Below, one piece after another: positions 52,627-64,000 of a stretch of 64,000 nt of DNA; position 1 is the stretch's first letter; each line of letters begins with the position of its first letter. The notes beneath the pieces are model-generated. The model worked only from the letters and a program-made list of their open reading frames with translations. It did no database searches and was not told where the DNA came from. The position numbers and the translations under genes are program-made. Source of the stretch: Octopus bimaculoides (Eukaryota); assembly GCF_001194135.2 (NCBI RefSeq), contig NC_068985.1, positions 21,584,483 through 21,648,482 of the forward strand. Reading direction: 5' to 3'.

Positions 52627-55600
52627 ATGGCTGCTAAAAAAAATAAGGTATGTTATGTTGGTTTCCTCTTTTATTTAGAGACGAGATATTTTGAATATAT
52701 CAATTTATTTATAAGCAGGTTAGAATTGCAATATAAAACCTGAAATCCAAGCAAATAGACGGAATCCACATGTTTAAGAGTATTTATAGATGGGAGTGCA
52801 TCTCTCACAAAGAAATCGCAGCAAAAATAACGATCGGTAAAGCTAGTTTTGAGAAAATTCAATTTACCTAATGGCAAATACATAACTATTTGTTATAATT
52901 AAAAATATCGGTTTTTTTTTTAACCTTAATAGTTTTCACTGCTTTATCTGATTGCTGTTTCATTGAAATAGAAAAGGCATATCAATTTTAAACATGATCC
53001 AGTTGATAAATAGGCCATTGTTGAAGTAAGAAATGTATGGTGGTACTACTTGATCCACGAGTTTGAATTGATAAAGATGACATATAAACTTGAAGATTAC
53101 CACATATAAATATATATGATCAAAGGAAATTAAACATAATGCTGCAGAGATTTAAGAAGTTAAATCTACTTCTACTTCATTATGCATTAGCTCTAAAGTA
53201 TAACAACTTTATTTTAAAAAATGAGATACTTTTATTGTCCATCCGTAAATATTCATTAAAAAACAATTTTATAGACTTTTTATCGTCGCGATTAGTTGGT
53301 TGAGAGTTTTTTTTTTTACTAGATCAAGCATTTTAGACTTAGAATTTACAATATAATTTGTAATAATGATTAATCATTACATTATACTGATTAAACAAAA
53401 ACAAGATCTCGATTCGGTAAATTTTCGCAATTATGGTGTCGCTTTGGTACGTTCCTTTTTTTCACCCATGCGGTGAATTTGGCTGTCGTGGTTCCTTGCG
53501 TGTCGGTCGGTAATGCCATTGGCTCGAGGGGTACCGAAATATAAGCCATTGGCTGCGATATCGTTTTGATTTGGCCGTGTTTCGATAAATGGTTACCGTG
53601 CAAATGATTCTGAATGCTGCAATGGATTTCCTGGTTTGTGTGCAAGCTGGTGTCAACCTGCAACAACACCCACTAACCAGTATTGTGAGTCTACGGTGAA
53701 GGCTAAGCTGCGCCATGAAAAGGGGTATGAGGTAATCATTATGCACTTTTCAAGTTATATACTGTTAAATTCTATGTTGTCTGTCATTGTACGTTGTTCG
53801 GTTATCTTAATTGCTTTGTCATGAATGAGAAATGATTTATTATTATGGTCAGATTATTCGGTCAAACTAAAGGGTTTGACCCGGTGGGAAATAAAAAATT
53901 AAAATATTCTAATAGGTGTAAAACAACTTGCTGCGAGCGAATATGAAGAAGAAAAAAGCGCGCGCTCGCGAACAGGGGTGGGGGTGGGTAGAGGCCTCGG
54001 AACATTCGCATCCTGAATGTTCCGAGACGCCTCACCGGAGCCAAGAAACAAAAGAAAGATAGTGTAATAGATGTAAAGCAACTTGCTTTGAATGAATATG
54101 AAAAAAAAAAAAAAAAAAAATGCGCTCCCGCGAAAGGCGGGGTGGGTAGAGAACTCGGAATATTCACATCGTCACACATCACACACTCAGACACACACAT
54201 ACATACATATTCGTTCCCAGCAAGTTGTTTTACACCCATTAGACTATTAAAAAAAAATTTTTGTCACCGGGTCAAACACTATAATTCAGAGGCCATATCA
54301 TGACGATATGTGACGATGTGAATGTTCCGAGTCCTCTCCCCACCCCGCCTTTCGCGGGAGCGCATTTTTTTTTTTTTTTCTCACATTCGTTCAGAGCAAG
54401 TCGTTTTACATCAATTACACTATTTTTCTTTTGTTTCTTGGCTCTGGTGAGGCGACTCGGAACATTCAGGATGGGAATGTTCCGAGGCCTGGTCAAACCC
54501 TTTAGTTTGCCCGATTAGGTCTTACCCCATTTTGTTCTGTGAGCAGAAACATTGTATAGAAAGGGTAAAAAATGTATGAATGTAGACAAGATTGTATTTT
54601 GTGTATACAATGTTTATGTCAATTTAGTAATTTTTAACGTAACATTAAAATCCAGTGCTTTTTGCAAAGAAACAGATTTGTTTGCCAACTTTTGATTAGT
54701 TTCTGGAGGTATCTGTCGTGACTGAACTTAAAACTAATCGTCTTGTTTTCTATCATCTTAGAATTGATTTATATGTGAGCAATAAAGCGAAATACGATGT
54801 CAATCGGCCATGACATTGCAATTAAAATAACAAGAAACGTAAAAGAGATTAAAATTTCAAAATGGTCCAGATGGACTATATGTAATCTTTTTTCAGAATC
54901 GGAATCTCCATAGCCTAAAACGTGGGATTCCGTAAAAAAAAATTAATAAATAAGGGGGGGAAGGTTCAGATTACATATAGTCCGTCTCTACCCCACGTTT
55001 TGTGGTTATGGCGGATCCGATTCTGAAAAAAGAAATTTCAAAAATCGCATTTTCAAAATTTCACCCCGCCCCCAATCATTTTTCACTTGTTCCGGAAATT
55101 TTTCTTTTGCGAAATAGGTAGAAAAATACAAAGATTATGATTCTGAAAAAAATTTTTGTATCTAAAATTTCAATTTTTCAACAATAACAAAAAAAAAAGA
55201 TACCTATAGATTATATCATAGGCGCAGGAGTGGCTGTGTGCACCAGGTAAGTGGAAGCTAAAAACAAGGGAAAGAAAAAGCAAGGGATCTACCCTGGTGG
55301 TCGGATGCCTATCCTTCAGGAAAGCCATTACAAATTGCATCTGTAATGAGCAAAGCTTTAATCGAACATTGTAAATATAATCAAACTATTATTGTATATT
55401 TAAAATTGTAAATATTTAATCGATACAGCTACTTCACCCCTTTTATGTTTGTCTGTCCTTGTTCGTCCCCTCTTTGTAACGCCTTGGCAAATATTATGAA
55501 ATAAAGTAGCTTGCTTACCAACCACATGGTCCTGGGTTCAGTCCTACTGCGTGACACCTTGGGCAAGTGTCTTCTCGGGCCGACCAAAGCCTTGTGAGTG

Positions 55601-58600
55601 GATTTGGTAGACGGAAACTGGAAGAAGCCCGTCGTATATGTTTGTGTGTCTGTGTTTGTCCCCCCAACATCGCTTCACAACCGATGCTAGTGTGTTTACG
55701 TCCCCGTAACTTAGCGGTGAAATTAAAGTGTTTTTTAAATTATTTTTTTTTAACTCTTTAAAAACTTTTTTTTTCAATTAATCTCCATGGGAAAATACGG
55801 AGATTAAGAATATGGAAGAAATAAACAAATTCAAATTTTAATTTCATGAAAAACTACAACCCAAAATTCCTCTCTCCCCTCTATCCCGCTGTCTAAAAGT
55901 GAAAATTGACGGTTGTTTTGTTTATTTCACATGAATTAGTTTGTCATATTACTGCGGGAAATTACTCTGAAAGAAATCTTTTGCAGGGAGGTGAGTAGAT
56001 TGATTACATTATGCTATCGTAGTTTTGTGAGATTTGGCTGTTATTTCTAGCATGTGGCTAGCCTGCTTGAAGGTCTGAAGGGTATATATATATATATTTT
56101 TTTTTAAATTTGAAATTTTACAAACAAATTTTTTTTCAGAATCGTAATCTTCGTATTTTTCTACGTATTTCGCAAAAAAAAAAGAAGAGAAAAAGAAATC
56201 TGAAAAAGTGAAAACTGAAGTGGGGGTGAAATTTTGATAATGCAATTTTTGAAATTTTTTTTTTTTTTTCAGAATCGGATCCTCTATAACCAAAAACGTG
56301 GGATTCCGTAAAAAAAATATCAATATTCATTTTATCNNNNNNNNNNNNNNNNNNNNNNNNNNNNNNNNNNNNNNNNNNNNNNNNNNNNNNNNNNNNNNNN
56401 NNNNNNNNNNNNNNNNNNNNNNNNNNNNNNNNNNNNNNNNNNNNNNNNNNNNNNNNNNNNNNNNNNNNNNNNNNNNNNNNNNNNNNNNNNNNNNNNNNNN
56501 NNNNNNNNNNNNNNNNNNNNNNNNNNNNNNNNNNNNNNNNNNNNNNNNNNNNNNNNNNNNNNNNNNNNNNNNNNNNNNNNNNNNNNNNNNNNNNNNNNNN
56601 NNNNNNNNNNNNNNNNNNNNNNNNNNNNNNNNNNNNNNNNNNNTTAACCCCAATTTTTTTTTCATATTCGTATTCTAGCATACTGTTTTATTTTCTTTTG
56701 TTCACGGGCGAAGTTCTGTATATTGATCCTTTTTTCTCATAATTTTCATGAAATTTTATACAAATACCTTTGAAACGGCATAGATTACGATTATAAAGAA
56801 ATTTGTGGGGAAATTTTCCCGGTGGGGGGGGAAGGAATTTTGGATCAAAATAAGTTGGAACTACTCCGTTTTGTTGGGGATTTTTCCCATTTTTTTTAAC
56901 ACCACAGCCTTTGAAATATGGTGGGCATCTTTTTGGGCAAAAACTTTTGAATCCCCCCCTCCCCCCATTCCTCACCATCCCACTCTGGACCGATTTTGGC
57001 CAATTTTTTAAACTTAAAAACTATGAGAGGAGCGTTTTTGGAAAAAAATAAATAAATAAAATGTATTTTCAGAGAAAGGGTGTACGATTCAAAGGAGATT
57101 TGGCTGTTGTTTCTAGCACATCCCACTCTCACATGTATTGATGCTTTTTCAATATTTTTCTCCCATTAAAATATATTTTATGGAATGATGATGCCAAATT
57201 AATATATGCGTGGTCCATTGATTGGTTGAATATAAGCAACAAAAATTATAATTTGAATTTTCACCCCACCTCAATCAAGCGAAGTCGTGTGTGTGTGTGT
57301 GTGTGTGTAAAAAAAAAACATTTTTCTAACAGTAAAGTATGCTATTACAAGAAATAACCTTTTACATACCTCTTTTTTTAAATCACTGGATAAATGCCAG
57401 TAATGACCTTCTCAAGCTCTAACAGAAACAATCGGGGGCGGGGACTGAGGTTGCAAAAAAATCGTGATTTTTCAAATTTTTTTTTATAGCATATAAATGT
57501 ATTTATTGGGGAGAAAAAATATTGAAAAACATCAATACATTCGAGAGTGAGAAAGAAACGAGGAGGGTTGTCTTGGGATGTGCTAGAAACACCTGCCAAA
57601 TCACCCTTAAATTACTCACCTTTTCCTCAGAAAATATTAACAATTAAAAAATTTTTTTTTTACTGAAAAGGCCATGGTTTTGAAGAGCAAAAAAAAATTG
57701 ACCAAAATCGGTCTGGAGTGGGGGGTGTACAAAAAATTTTCAAANNNNNNNNNNNNNNNNNNNNNNNNNNNNNNNNNNNNNNNNNNNNNNNNNNNNNNNN
57801 NNNNNNNNNNNNNNNNNNNNNNNNNNNNNNNNNNNNNNNNNNNNNNNNNNNNNNNNNNNNNNNNNNNNNNNNNNNNNNNNNNNNNNNNNNNNNNNNNNNN
57901 NNNNNNNNNNNNNNNNNNNNNNNNNNNNNNNNNNNNNNNNNNNNNNNNNNNNNNNNNNNNNNNNNNNNNNNNNNNNNNNNNNNNNNNNNNNNNNNNNNNN
58001 NNNNNNNNNNNNNNNNNNNNNNNNNNNNNNNNNNNNNNNNNNNNNNNNNNNNNNNNNNNNNNNNNNNNNNNNNNNNNNNNNNNNNNNNNNNNNNNNNNNN
58101 NNNNNNNNNNNNNNNNNNNNNNNNNNNNNNNNNNNNNNNNNNNNNNNNNNNNNNNNNNNNNNNNNNNNNNNNNNNNNNNNNNNNNNNNNNNNNNNNNNNN
58201 NNNNNNNNNNNNNNNNNNNNNNNNNNNNNNNNNNNNNNNNNNNNNNNNNNNNNNNNNNNNNNNNNNNNNNNNNNNNNNNNNNNNNNNNNNNNNNNNNNNN
58301 NGTGAGATAACCAAAAAGTACCTGAAGTAGTTCCAACTTATTTAGTCTTCCTGATCCGAAACTCTTCCCCCTCCCATAAAAAATTTCCCCCACAAATTTC
58401 TTTATAGTTTCAATCTATGCCGTTTCAAAGGTATTTGTATAAAATTTTACTAAAAGATATCCATTTTCCTGAATGTTGTGAGGGAAAAAAGTCAGATTGT
58501 GTGAATTTTTCCGAAACTCCTCTCCCCACCCTCTCGGAAAATTCTTTTTCCATAAATCTCTATATACTCTGAATCCGCAGCATCTAAGCAGTATTCGTTA

Positions 58601-61600
58601 AAAATTTCATTAGAAAGTATCTAGTTTTCTGGAAGTTATGAGGCAACAAAGTCAGCGGGGTACACATCTGTAGTTATGCCATTGCTATAAAATGTTTGTT
58701 TCATTTTCAAAATAGTTCACAAAATTCAAGCATCTAACAGAATTTTGATGCAACTGTTTTCAAATTGTGAACCATTGTTTGCCCCGTCAATAATTTGTAA
58801 TTTATGATTTGAATGTATTTATATTTTTGCACATGTTTCTTATAATTTAACTGTATCAATGATCATTTATTCTTGTATACTGAGAATTTTTGTTTCCAAT
58901 GCTGATGAATTTCATGTATACAGTAAGGTCCTCCCAGTCTGAGCTTTGTGCAGATTATGGTGTCATTTATGTTAATATTATATGAAAGATACACTTCTTT
59001 GCATTCTTTTTAAAGTAATAAATCATAAACCCCCTCTGATTTTATGGCATTGTAAAGTTTAAGAGCAAAACATGTTTGTTTTCATAAGAAATCAAACATC
59101 ACTAACTTGGAAGACAATTCTTTTTAGCGAAAAGTTTGAAAAAGTTTAATAATAATAATAATAATAATAAACCTATTATTAGACAACTTCTCTGAAAGTG
59201 AACCAAAGAGTCTTGATGTGTTAATATAAAATTAAGAACCAGCAGAAAAGATGAAATTTTGTACAGAAAAATACCTGTTTGTGTTGATAGTTGTTTCAAT
59301 TAGTATTTTTATTATTTGTACTAGACTCCAAAAAAGTCAGTAAAACCTGTCAAACCTGTAGAACCTGAAGAATCTTCAGAGGATTCCTCCTCAGAATCAG
59401 AAGAAATGGAAGTGGTAAGTTATTTTATTACTCTTTTCATTTTGCTTTATTTGTATCAAAAGTCTAGCAGACCTCAATTATGAATAAAGTAGCATGGTAC
59501 CTGTAAAATTGATGATCTTTGAGTTTGGAACATGTAAGAAAATTTTTTGGATAGTGTGTATATATAGTAGAAAAGATTATTATGGTGGTGAGGTAGCAGA
59601 ATCGTTAGTACTCCAGGCAAAATGTTTAGCAGTATTTCATCTGTCTTTACATTCTGAGTTCAAATTCTTCTGAAATTGACTTTACCTTTCATCCTTTCAG
59701 GGTTCATAAAATAAATACCGCATGAACATTAGGGTTGATGTAATTGACTTAACTCCTCCTCTGAAATTGCTATCTTTGTGCCAAAATTTGAAACCATTAT
59801 TGTTTTATATATATATATAAAATGTGCATTTCTGAATTAGCCCAAGGGCTGACGATATACTCAGTTGAGTTCAATTAACTGTATACATAACCTGAATATC
59901 CTTCTGCCAGTACTTCTGTACGAATGTTGGTATTTGTCTATAATAGTTGTGCATGCATTTTAATTCAGACCTAACCTGGTGCTTTACCTTTAAGTGCCTT
60001 ATTCATCTGACTCTTAATACACACACACACAAACACAAATATGCATATATATCTTACAGACTCATATACAGAGATGTATTCAATGAGTTGAGGCAGCAAA
60101 TTGCCTTGCAGTCTCTTCAATACTCTAATGTATTTATTTTGTCTTCTGTGCATTCATCATCATCATCATTTAACGTCCATTTTCCATGCTGGCATGGGTT
60201 GGACGGTTTGACTAGGGTCTGGGAAGCCAGGAGGCTGCACCAGGCACCAATCTGATCTGGCAGTGTTTCTACAGCTTGATGCCCTTCCTAACGCCAACCA
60301 CTCCAAGAGTGTAGTGGGTGCTTTTTACGTGCCACCAGCACAGAGACCAGAGGAGCTGGCATCGATCATGATCGGATGTGCTTTTTACGTGCCACTGGCA
60401 CAGAAGCCAGTCAAAGTGGCGCAGGCATTGGCCACGTTCGGATGGTGCTTTTTACATGCTACCGGCAAAGGGGTCACAACTACAATTTTCACTTGATTTG
60501 ATTTTGATGTTGATGTACTTGACTCAGTAGGTCTCCTCATGCATAGCATGTCACTCTACGATCCAAGGTACTTTTGAGTGAGCTGGTTATGCAACACTGG
60601 TGTGGGTTACAGCTGTGAACTCACTTTATTTGCCAGGTCTTCTCAGTCACAGCATATCTCCAGAGGTCTCTGTCTTTCGTCATTGCCTCTGTGAAGCCCA
60701 ATATTCGAAGGTGATGCTTACATTCCTGTGACTTAGCAGTTTGGCAAAAGAGACCAATAGAATAAGTACTAGCCTTACAAAAAAATAAGTTCTGGGTTTG
60801 ATTTGTTCAACTAAAGGCAATAATCCAGCTTGGCCGCAGTCAAATGACTGAAACAAATAAAAAAGAATAAGTGAAAAAAGAATATCTGCTTTGGAAATGT
60901 TTTATTTTACTTATGTTTAACCTGCAGCTGCAAGTTGCATGTCAAAAGCAGTTGTAGAAAATATGAAATTTTACCTTGTGAATTTGCAGTTTACAGTAGT
61001 GATGCTTCAAATAAAAAATTTTCAAATATGCTTAAGAAAAAAAATATTGCTTATTTTTAGGAAGCTCCTGTTATGAAAACTAAGAAGCTGACAAAAAGCA
61101 AAGAAACACTTGGTAAGGCTTGACGAGTATTATCCAAATATAATAATGATTTTTTATTTGTTGTTACTCTAAGGAAGTAGTGTGAAAGTGAAAAGCTGTC
61201 AAAGGATTGAGAGTGACTGAGGGTAGAAGTGAAATGAAAACGAGTGGAAAGATGAGTTGTTTCTCTGTTACATTTGACTGGATTATTAAATGGGAAAAGT
61301 TAGCAAGAGAATTTAGGTGAGAATGGGTTAGAGTAATAAATGTAACAAAGGATTAGTGAGTATCTGTCACAGTTGGAGTTTCATTGACATGGCTTGAATG
61401 AATATGTGTATATCAAAAGTTTTAGTCTTTTAGAATTTAAACTGGCCACATTTGCCTCAAATATTCTACCCATTTTATGTTCAAACCAGCCAAATCTGGC
61501 CTTTCATTCCTGTCTTACAATGTCATTCTAAAAATAAACAATCATATCATTGGGTTCTTGAAGCAGGATTAATTCGAAATAATGTGAATAAAACAAACAT

Positions 61601-62862
61601 TAGATTTGACAATAATTTGAATGTTAAAGGGTTAACACCCACTTTTCTATCCTTGCCTGAGGTAGATGAAATTCAATGCAGACATTCTACAGCTGAATGC
61701 ACATCCTGTTGCTAACACTTGCCTGCTTTCAGCAAGGAGTGTCTATAGGGGTGAAATTCGAGATTTTATTGGGGTTTTCCCATAGGTTTTTCAAATAATC
61801 TGGATTTGCTGATTTTTTTATTTGTGAAATGTGTTCTGCTTACAGTCGTTTATAGTCTTGTGATTTGTGAGTGATATAAGGAGTCCAAGGCGGAATATTT
61901 TACTCTATATTGGATTTGATGTACACATAGAAGAAACTTGAATTTTTCTGCCTTGAATAGATTATACTGCTTTATTCTTTCGATAACAACTTACTTTTGT
62001 TTTGCATGTAGCTAAGAAGAAGGCAGAATCTAGTGACAGTGAGGAGGAAGAAGAAGAAGAAGAAGAAAGCAGTGAGGATGAAGAAAGTGACAGTGATGAA
62101 GAGGAGGAGGAGGAAGATGAAGAAGATGATGAAGATGAAGATGATGATGAAGAAGAAGAAAAGGGAAAGGTGAAAAAACCTGTAGCAGCTGCTGAATCTA
62201 GTGACTCTGATGAAGAGGATTTTAGTGAAGAAGAAACTAGTGAAGGTATACAGCCTTTTTAGTCAATTAATAATTGATAACAAATTAAGATCTGTCTTGG
62301 AAAATAATTTCACTAGCAAGTGTTTTTCTTTTATTAAACTAAAACATAACATCTTTGCTTTAAAATTTAGATGATACTCCTAAATCAAAGGCCATTGGAA
62401 AATCAAATGCTAAACAGAAAGATGGTGAATATTTTCAATTTGTTTTTAATATTCTGCTAATCTGTGGTTTCTTCTAGTATTTTTAATCTATTCAGTTTTT
62501 CTTTGCTAAATAACTGGTATAACATTCAGAATGTTTGATACATTATCTTGGTTTCTTATTACATTTTTAGATCACTTGATTTCATTTCATATATTTAGCT
62601 GTAAATCATTGCATATGATTCTTATATGAAGTTTCCTTTATTTATGGTTTAATTTCTCTATTTATGAATATTTAATAATGTTTCATAACTGCTACATAGA
62701 CTGTTGTTTCTATTTATTAACTAGTTACAAATAGAATCTTAATGATGTTAGATATACTGGTAAGATCTTTTCAATTTTTGTCTACAACAGGGTCAAAAGA
62801 GGCCAAGAAGCGTAAAAAGGAAATGGCTGATGGTAAAAATGCCAAAAAAGCTAAAGTTGATG
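52627..62862 (+). CDS. NCL: Nucleolin-like protein, paralog C, first 6 exons (continues beyond the window)
   Basis: Exons 52627-52647 (MAAKKNK), 59325-59414 (TPKKSVKPVKPVEPEESSEDSSSESEEMEV), 61061-61112, 62012-62245 (acidic tract), 62371-62424, 62791-62862 (GSKEAKKRKKEMADGKNAKKAKVD; KRKKEMA matches the start of the vertebrate nucleolin NLS as recalled). Phases match paralogs A and B. RRM exons are not in the window. Confidence 0.88.
53461..53731 (+). ncRNA. Conserved structured intron-1 element, copy in paralog C
   Basis: Same element with two internal deletions (about 25 and 6 nt relative to B); ends GAG|GTAATC. Confidence 0.55.
53859..54513. mobile_element. Foldback element with nested inverted repeats in intron 1 of paralog C
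   Basis: Termini CGGTCAAACTAAAGGGTTTGACC / GGTCAAACCCTTTAGTTTGCCCG; about 190-bp inverted arms 53991-54180 and 54306-54490; absent at the homologous site in B. Confidence 0.7.
54860..58640. repeat. Gap-containing block of direct and inverted copies of one repeat family in intron 1 of C
   Basis: 56750-56865 is inverted relative to 58329-58448; 57090-57180 is inverted relative to 57490-57610; related sequence at 17860-18790 and 63380-63950. Confidence 0.65.
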
Positions 62863-64000
62863 GTAAGGAAATTTGAATTTTGAAAGTTTAATGCATACAT
62901 GTTCAAACCAACTAGTGAATATGTATGTATTGACTATTTTGTATATAAATAAGTATCACTATGAGTTTTTGAAAAATTTTAATCCAACTTCTATTATACT
63001 TATTCTTGGAGAGAATCCAAAAAGAAACATTTTGATACCTCATTTGTGAAATTTAGATGAATATTTTATGAAATACGACAATTTGAATGGTCAGCAAATT
63101 AGTCAAAACCTTGCTTAATTAGGTTTAAATTAATAATTAGCCATATTTGTGAGGTCATGTCTTTGAAACTGAGGTGATAATCATCTTCAAATTACACAGA
63201 TTAAAAGTGTTCGTGGGATAGAAGTTGCCTACTTTTTGGGGGTGCAATTTTAAAAATATTTATGTAAAGTCTATTTTGTTGCATGTAACAAACAGTCGAT
63301 TTCACAGTGTTTTTGGACCTAACTAAATCCAAAAGTACAAGCCATGGGGATTTGAATTTTAGGACATGATACCATTCCAATAAAATTTTAATGGCCTATT
63401 AAAATTGGCTACAGACAGTTGAGTTTCATATCAGGATCCCATACAAATCAGATTGTCTCCATTTTGACAGGGATTTTTCCGATTTTTTATATATTTTACC
63501 ACAGCCTTGGAAATGATGTGGGGAAGCTTTTTATGAAAAAAAATTTTGGAAAGTTTGTGATTTTTTTCTTCCCCCTACCCTTCATTACCTGGATTTTGAT
63601 TTTTTTTTTTTTTTGCACTATGAACTTGAAAAGGATGGAAGGTGCCTTTTCAGTAGAAAAAAAAAATGTTTTTGAAAATATTTTCAAACAAAAAAACGTG
63701 ATTTAAGGGAGAATTAGCTGTTGCTTCTAACACATCCCACAGCCACCTGGTACCTTCCTCGTTTCTTTGTCACTCTGACATATATTGATGTTTTTCAATA
63801 GTTTTTCTCTCCATAAACACATTTTATTGATTGATGATATGAAAGAACGCAAGAGTTTTTTTAACCAAGGGTAGTTAGTTCATTGTGAGATTTAAGCAAT
63901 CAAAAAAAAAAAGAAATTTGTAATCTCCTTTAACACACACACCTTTACACCTAGCATTTTTTTCTTAATAGATTTGTTTTTTCTTACATATACATATGAA

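Overview
AT-rich, microsatellite- and SINE/LINE-dense animal genomic DNA with spliceosomal introns and five N-gaps. The repeat content resembles octopus (inference, not verified). The supplied ORF track is mostly noise because the real genes are split into short GT-AG exons, which I assembled by hand. Contents: (1) the last six coding exons of a TK2/dNK-family deoxynucleoside kinase (+, 1028-9186); (2) a decayed Mutator-like (MULE) transposase; (3) a cluster of three nucleolin paralogs: A (+, 15110-28275, 14 coding exons, about 523 aa), B (-, 50301 down to 34846, terminal exon probably in a gap) and C (+, from 52627, running off the window). A and B are tail-to-tail; B and C are head-to-head. 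Highlights: paralog B has replaced the RGG/Phe GAR tail with a Tyr/Gly/Ser low-complexity domain containing no RGG and has lost half of the bipartite NLS. All three paralogs keep a roughly 300-nt GC-rich element in intron 1 that shows compensatory base changes and ends at a conserved 5' splice site (candidate structured ncRNA or autoregulatory poison exon). Several intronic hairpins and an unusual active-site signature in the kinase are also noted.
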